From Gemmatimonadaceae bacterium (GTDB lineage Bacteria; Gemmatimonadota; Gemmatimonadetes; Gemmatimonadales; Gemmatimonadaceae), in the NCBI GenBank assembly GCA_046714195.1, contig JBKKAY010000111.1, positions 1,632 through 65,631 of the forward strand: a stretch of 64,000 nt of DNA, given 5' to 3'. The first letter of the stretch is position 1. Every line of letters begins with the position of its first letter. Below the pieces are notes generated by a model that was not told the origin of the DNA, did no database searches, and saw only the letters and a list, made by a program, of their open reading frames with translations. The position numbers were made by a program, and so were the translations under genes. Shown here piece after piece: positions 61,755-64,000 of this stretch.

Positions 61755-61833
61755 CGGACTGTCGTGTTAAGGTGGAGATCACCGACTTCGGCGGCTAGAG
61801 GGAGCGGCCCGGGAGCGTTAGCTTTTCGCTTCA

Positions 61834-63384
61834 ATGACGATGCGAGAAAAGCTCGAGCTCCTCGGGCGGCGGCGCGCCGAATCCGAGCAGGGCGGCGGTG
61901 AGGCCAGACTCCAGGCGCAACACGAAAAAGGGAAATTGTCGGCGCGCGAGCGGCTCGAGCTCCTCCTCGACGAAGGCTCTTTCGTCGAGCTCGACCGGTT
62001 CGTCGTGCACCGTTCGACCGATTTCGGGCTGGAGACGCAAAAGTTCTACGGTGACGGTGTCGTCACCGGCCACGGCAAGATAGACGGGCGTCTCGTCTAC
62101 GTATTCTCCCAGGATTTCACCGTTTTCGGCGGCTCGTTGTCGGAGACGTTCGCCGAGAAGATCGTAAAGATCATGGACCTCGCGGTGCGAAACGGCGCGC
62201 CGGTGATCGGGCTCAACGATTCCGGAGGCGCGCGGATCCAGGAGGGCGTGGTCTCGCTCGGCGGCTACGCCGAGATATTCCTGCGCAACACCCTCGCCTC
62301 GGGAGTGGTGCCGCAGATCTCGGCGATCCTGGGCCCCTGCGCCGGGGGCGCGGTGTACTCGCCGGCGATCACCGATTTCATCTACATGGTGCGCGGAACA
62401 TCCTACATGTTCGTCACCGGCCCGAACGTCGTGAAGACGGTGACTCACGAGGATGTCACCATGGAGGAGCTGGGCGGCGCCGACACGCACTCCGCCAAAT
62501 CAGGCGTGGCGCACTTCGCCTCTGATTCCGAGCCCGAATGCCTGCAGCACATCCGCGACCTTTTCCGATTCATCCCGTCGAACAATCTCGCCGATCCTCC
62601 GCGCGGTCCCGCCACCGACCCGCGCGACCGGCGGGATGAATCGCTGCTGGACGTAGTGCCCGACAACGCGAACAAGCCGTACGACATGCACGAGGTCATC
62701 AAGCGGATCGTCGATGACCAGGAGTTCTACGAGGTGCAGCGCGAGTACGCCGCCAACATCATCTGCGGGTTCGCGCACCTTGGCGGGTTCAGCGTCGGAG
62801 TCGTCGCCAATCAGCCGGCGGTGCTCGCCGGAGTGCTCGACATCAACGCCTCGCTGAAAGCGGCGCGGTTCATTCGCTTCTGCGATGCGTTCAACATCCC
62901 GATCGTGACCTTTGAGGACGTGCCCGGATTTCTTCCCGGCGTGGCTCAGGAGCACGGCGGGATAATCAAGCACGGAGCGAAGCTGCTCTACGCCTACTGC
63001 GAGGCGACGGTGCCGAAGCTGACGGTCATCACGCGCAAGGCGTACGGCGGCGCGTACGACGTCATGAGCTCGAAACACATTCGCGGAGACTTCAACGTCG
63101 CGTGGCCGACCGCGGAGATTGCGGTGATGGGCCCGAAGGGCGCGGTCGAGATCCTGTTCCGGAAGGAAATCTCGGAGAGCGCCGACGGGGCGGCGGCGAC
63201 GGAGGCGAAGATCGAGGAGTACCGGGAGAAGTTCGCGCACCCCTACATCGCCGCCGCCCACGGCTACCTCGACGACATCATCGACCCGCGCGACACGCGG
63301 CCGGCGTTGATCGATGCGCTGGAGAGCCTCCAGAACAAGCGCGACAAGAATCCGCCGAAGAAGCACGGCAATATCCCGCTCTGA
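61834..63384 (+). CDS. pccB: Acyl-CoA (propionyl/methylmalonyl-CoA) carboxylase, carboxyltransferase beta subunit
   Basis: [49 protein letters not shown]. Confidence 0.92.
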   Translation: MTMREKLELLGRRRAESEQGGGEARLQAQHEKGKLSARERLELLLDEGSFVELDRFVVHRSTDFGLETQKFYGDGVVTGHGKIDGRLVYVFSQDFTVFGGSLSETFAEKIVKIMDLAVRNGAPVIGLNDSGGARIQEGVVSLGGYAEIFLRNTLASGVVPQISAILGPCAGGAVYSPAITDFIYMVRGTSYMFVTGPNVVKTVTHEDVTMEELGGADTHSAKSGVAHFASDSEPECLQHIRDLFRFIPSNNLADPPRGPATDPRDRRDESLLDVVPDNANKPYDMHEVIKRIVDDQEFYEVQREYAANIICGFAHLGGFSVGVVANQPAVLAGVLDINASLKAARFIRFCDAFNIPIVTFEDVPGFLPGVAQEHGGIIKHGAKLLYAYCEATVPKLTVITRKAYGGAYDVMSSKHIRGDFNVAWPTAEIAVMGPKGAVEILFRKEISESADGAAATEAKIEEYREKFAHPYIAAAHGYLDDIIDPRDTRPALIDALESLQNKRDKNPPKKHGNIPL

Positions 63385-63419
63385 CGGCGACAAGCCGCGG
63401 CGAACGACACGACGCATAG

Positions 63420-64000
63420 ATGTTCGGCAAAGTACTCATAGCGAACCGCGGCGAGATCGCCGTCCGAGTCATTCGCGCCTGTCACGAGCTCGGCGTCCGC
63501 ACCGTCGCGGTCTACAGCGAAGCGGATGCGCGCTCGCCACACGTGCGTGAAGCTGACGAGGCCGTCCTGATCGGGCCGCCGCCCTCGAGTCAGAGCTACC
63601 TGGTGGGCGAGAGGATCATCGCCGCCGCGCGTGAGACCGGCGCCGAAGCAATCCACCCGGGCTACGGATTTCTGTCGGAGCGCGAGTGGTTCGCGCGCAG
63701 CGTCCGCGACGCAGGTCTGGTGTGGATCGGCCCGCCGCCGGAGGCGATCGCGGCAATGGGGTCGAAGACCGCCGCCCGCACGCTGGCGGTCGCCCACGGA
63801 GTGCCGGTGGTGCCCGGCACCACCGAGCCGCTCGCCGACGCGAAGGAAGCGGGAAAGCTGGCGGAGAAATTCGGCTACCCGATTTTGCTCAAGGCGGCGG
63901 CGGGCGGAGGCGGGAAGGGAATGCGCGTGGTCTCCGGGCCAGGGGAGCTGACCGGCGCCCTGGACGCGGCGCGGCGGGAAGCGAAGAGCTCATTCGGTGA
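63420..64000 (+). CDS. Biotin carboxylase subunit of acyl-CoA carboxylase (3' end outside window)
   Basis: Read directly from DNA (absent from the ORF track because it is unterminated): [40 protein letters not shown]. Confidence 0.93.
   Translation, partial: MFGKVLIANRGEIAVRVIRACHELGVRTVAVYSEADARSPHVREADEAVLIGPPPSSQSYLVGERIIAAARETGAEAIHPGYGFLSEREWFARSVRDAGLVWIGPPPEAIAAMGSKTAARTLAVAHGVPVVPGTTEPLADAKEAGKLAEKFGYPILLKAAAGGGGKGMRVVSGPGELTGALDAARREAKSSFG

Overview
High-GC (roughly two-thirds G+C by eye) bacterial chromosomal window. Gene order and protein styles suggest Gemmatimonadota; this is an inference, not a database result. Most of the window is housekeeping: a GMC/gluconate-2-DH/Gfo-Idh-MocA sugar-oxidation cluster, UPF0182, LytS/LytTR, fahA, gnd-zwf, a lytic transglycosylase, tilS-hpt-ftsH-folP, ArsR-methyltransferase (SahR-like)-ahcY, ispA-dxs-nadK-recN, tRNA-Gly/tRNA-Leu, a lysine/DAP operon, aroA-cmk-rpsA, an M16 peptidase, two-component genes, topoisomerase IB, an HNH protein and acyl-CoA carboxylase subunits. 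I saw no CRISPR array, integrase, transposase or prophage. The most unusual signals are: (i) a DAG-kinase-family gene coupled to a 3-TM protein with an apparently extracytoplasmic tandem CX5R phosphatase + pseudophosphatase; (ii) a PAS-HisKA-REC hybrid kinase that lacks the whole ATP-binding domain in frame, near an orphan kinase; (iii) the same 3x18-bp repeat array directly behind two unrelated tiny orphan ORFs 30 kb apart, in the same orientation relative to each ORF; (iv) sigma54-like GG-N10-GC motifs before four scattered single genes, one encoding a stand-alone TonB-plug lipoprotein; (v) large intergenic hairpins and a clear SahR-type operator. All functional readings are hypotheses from manual inspection.
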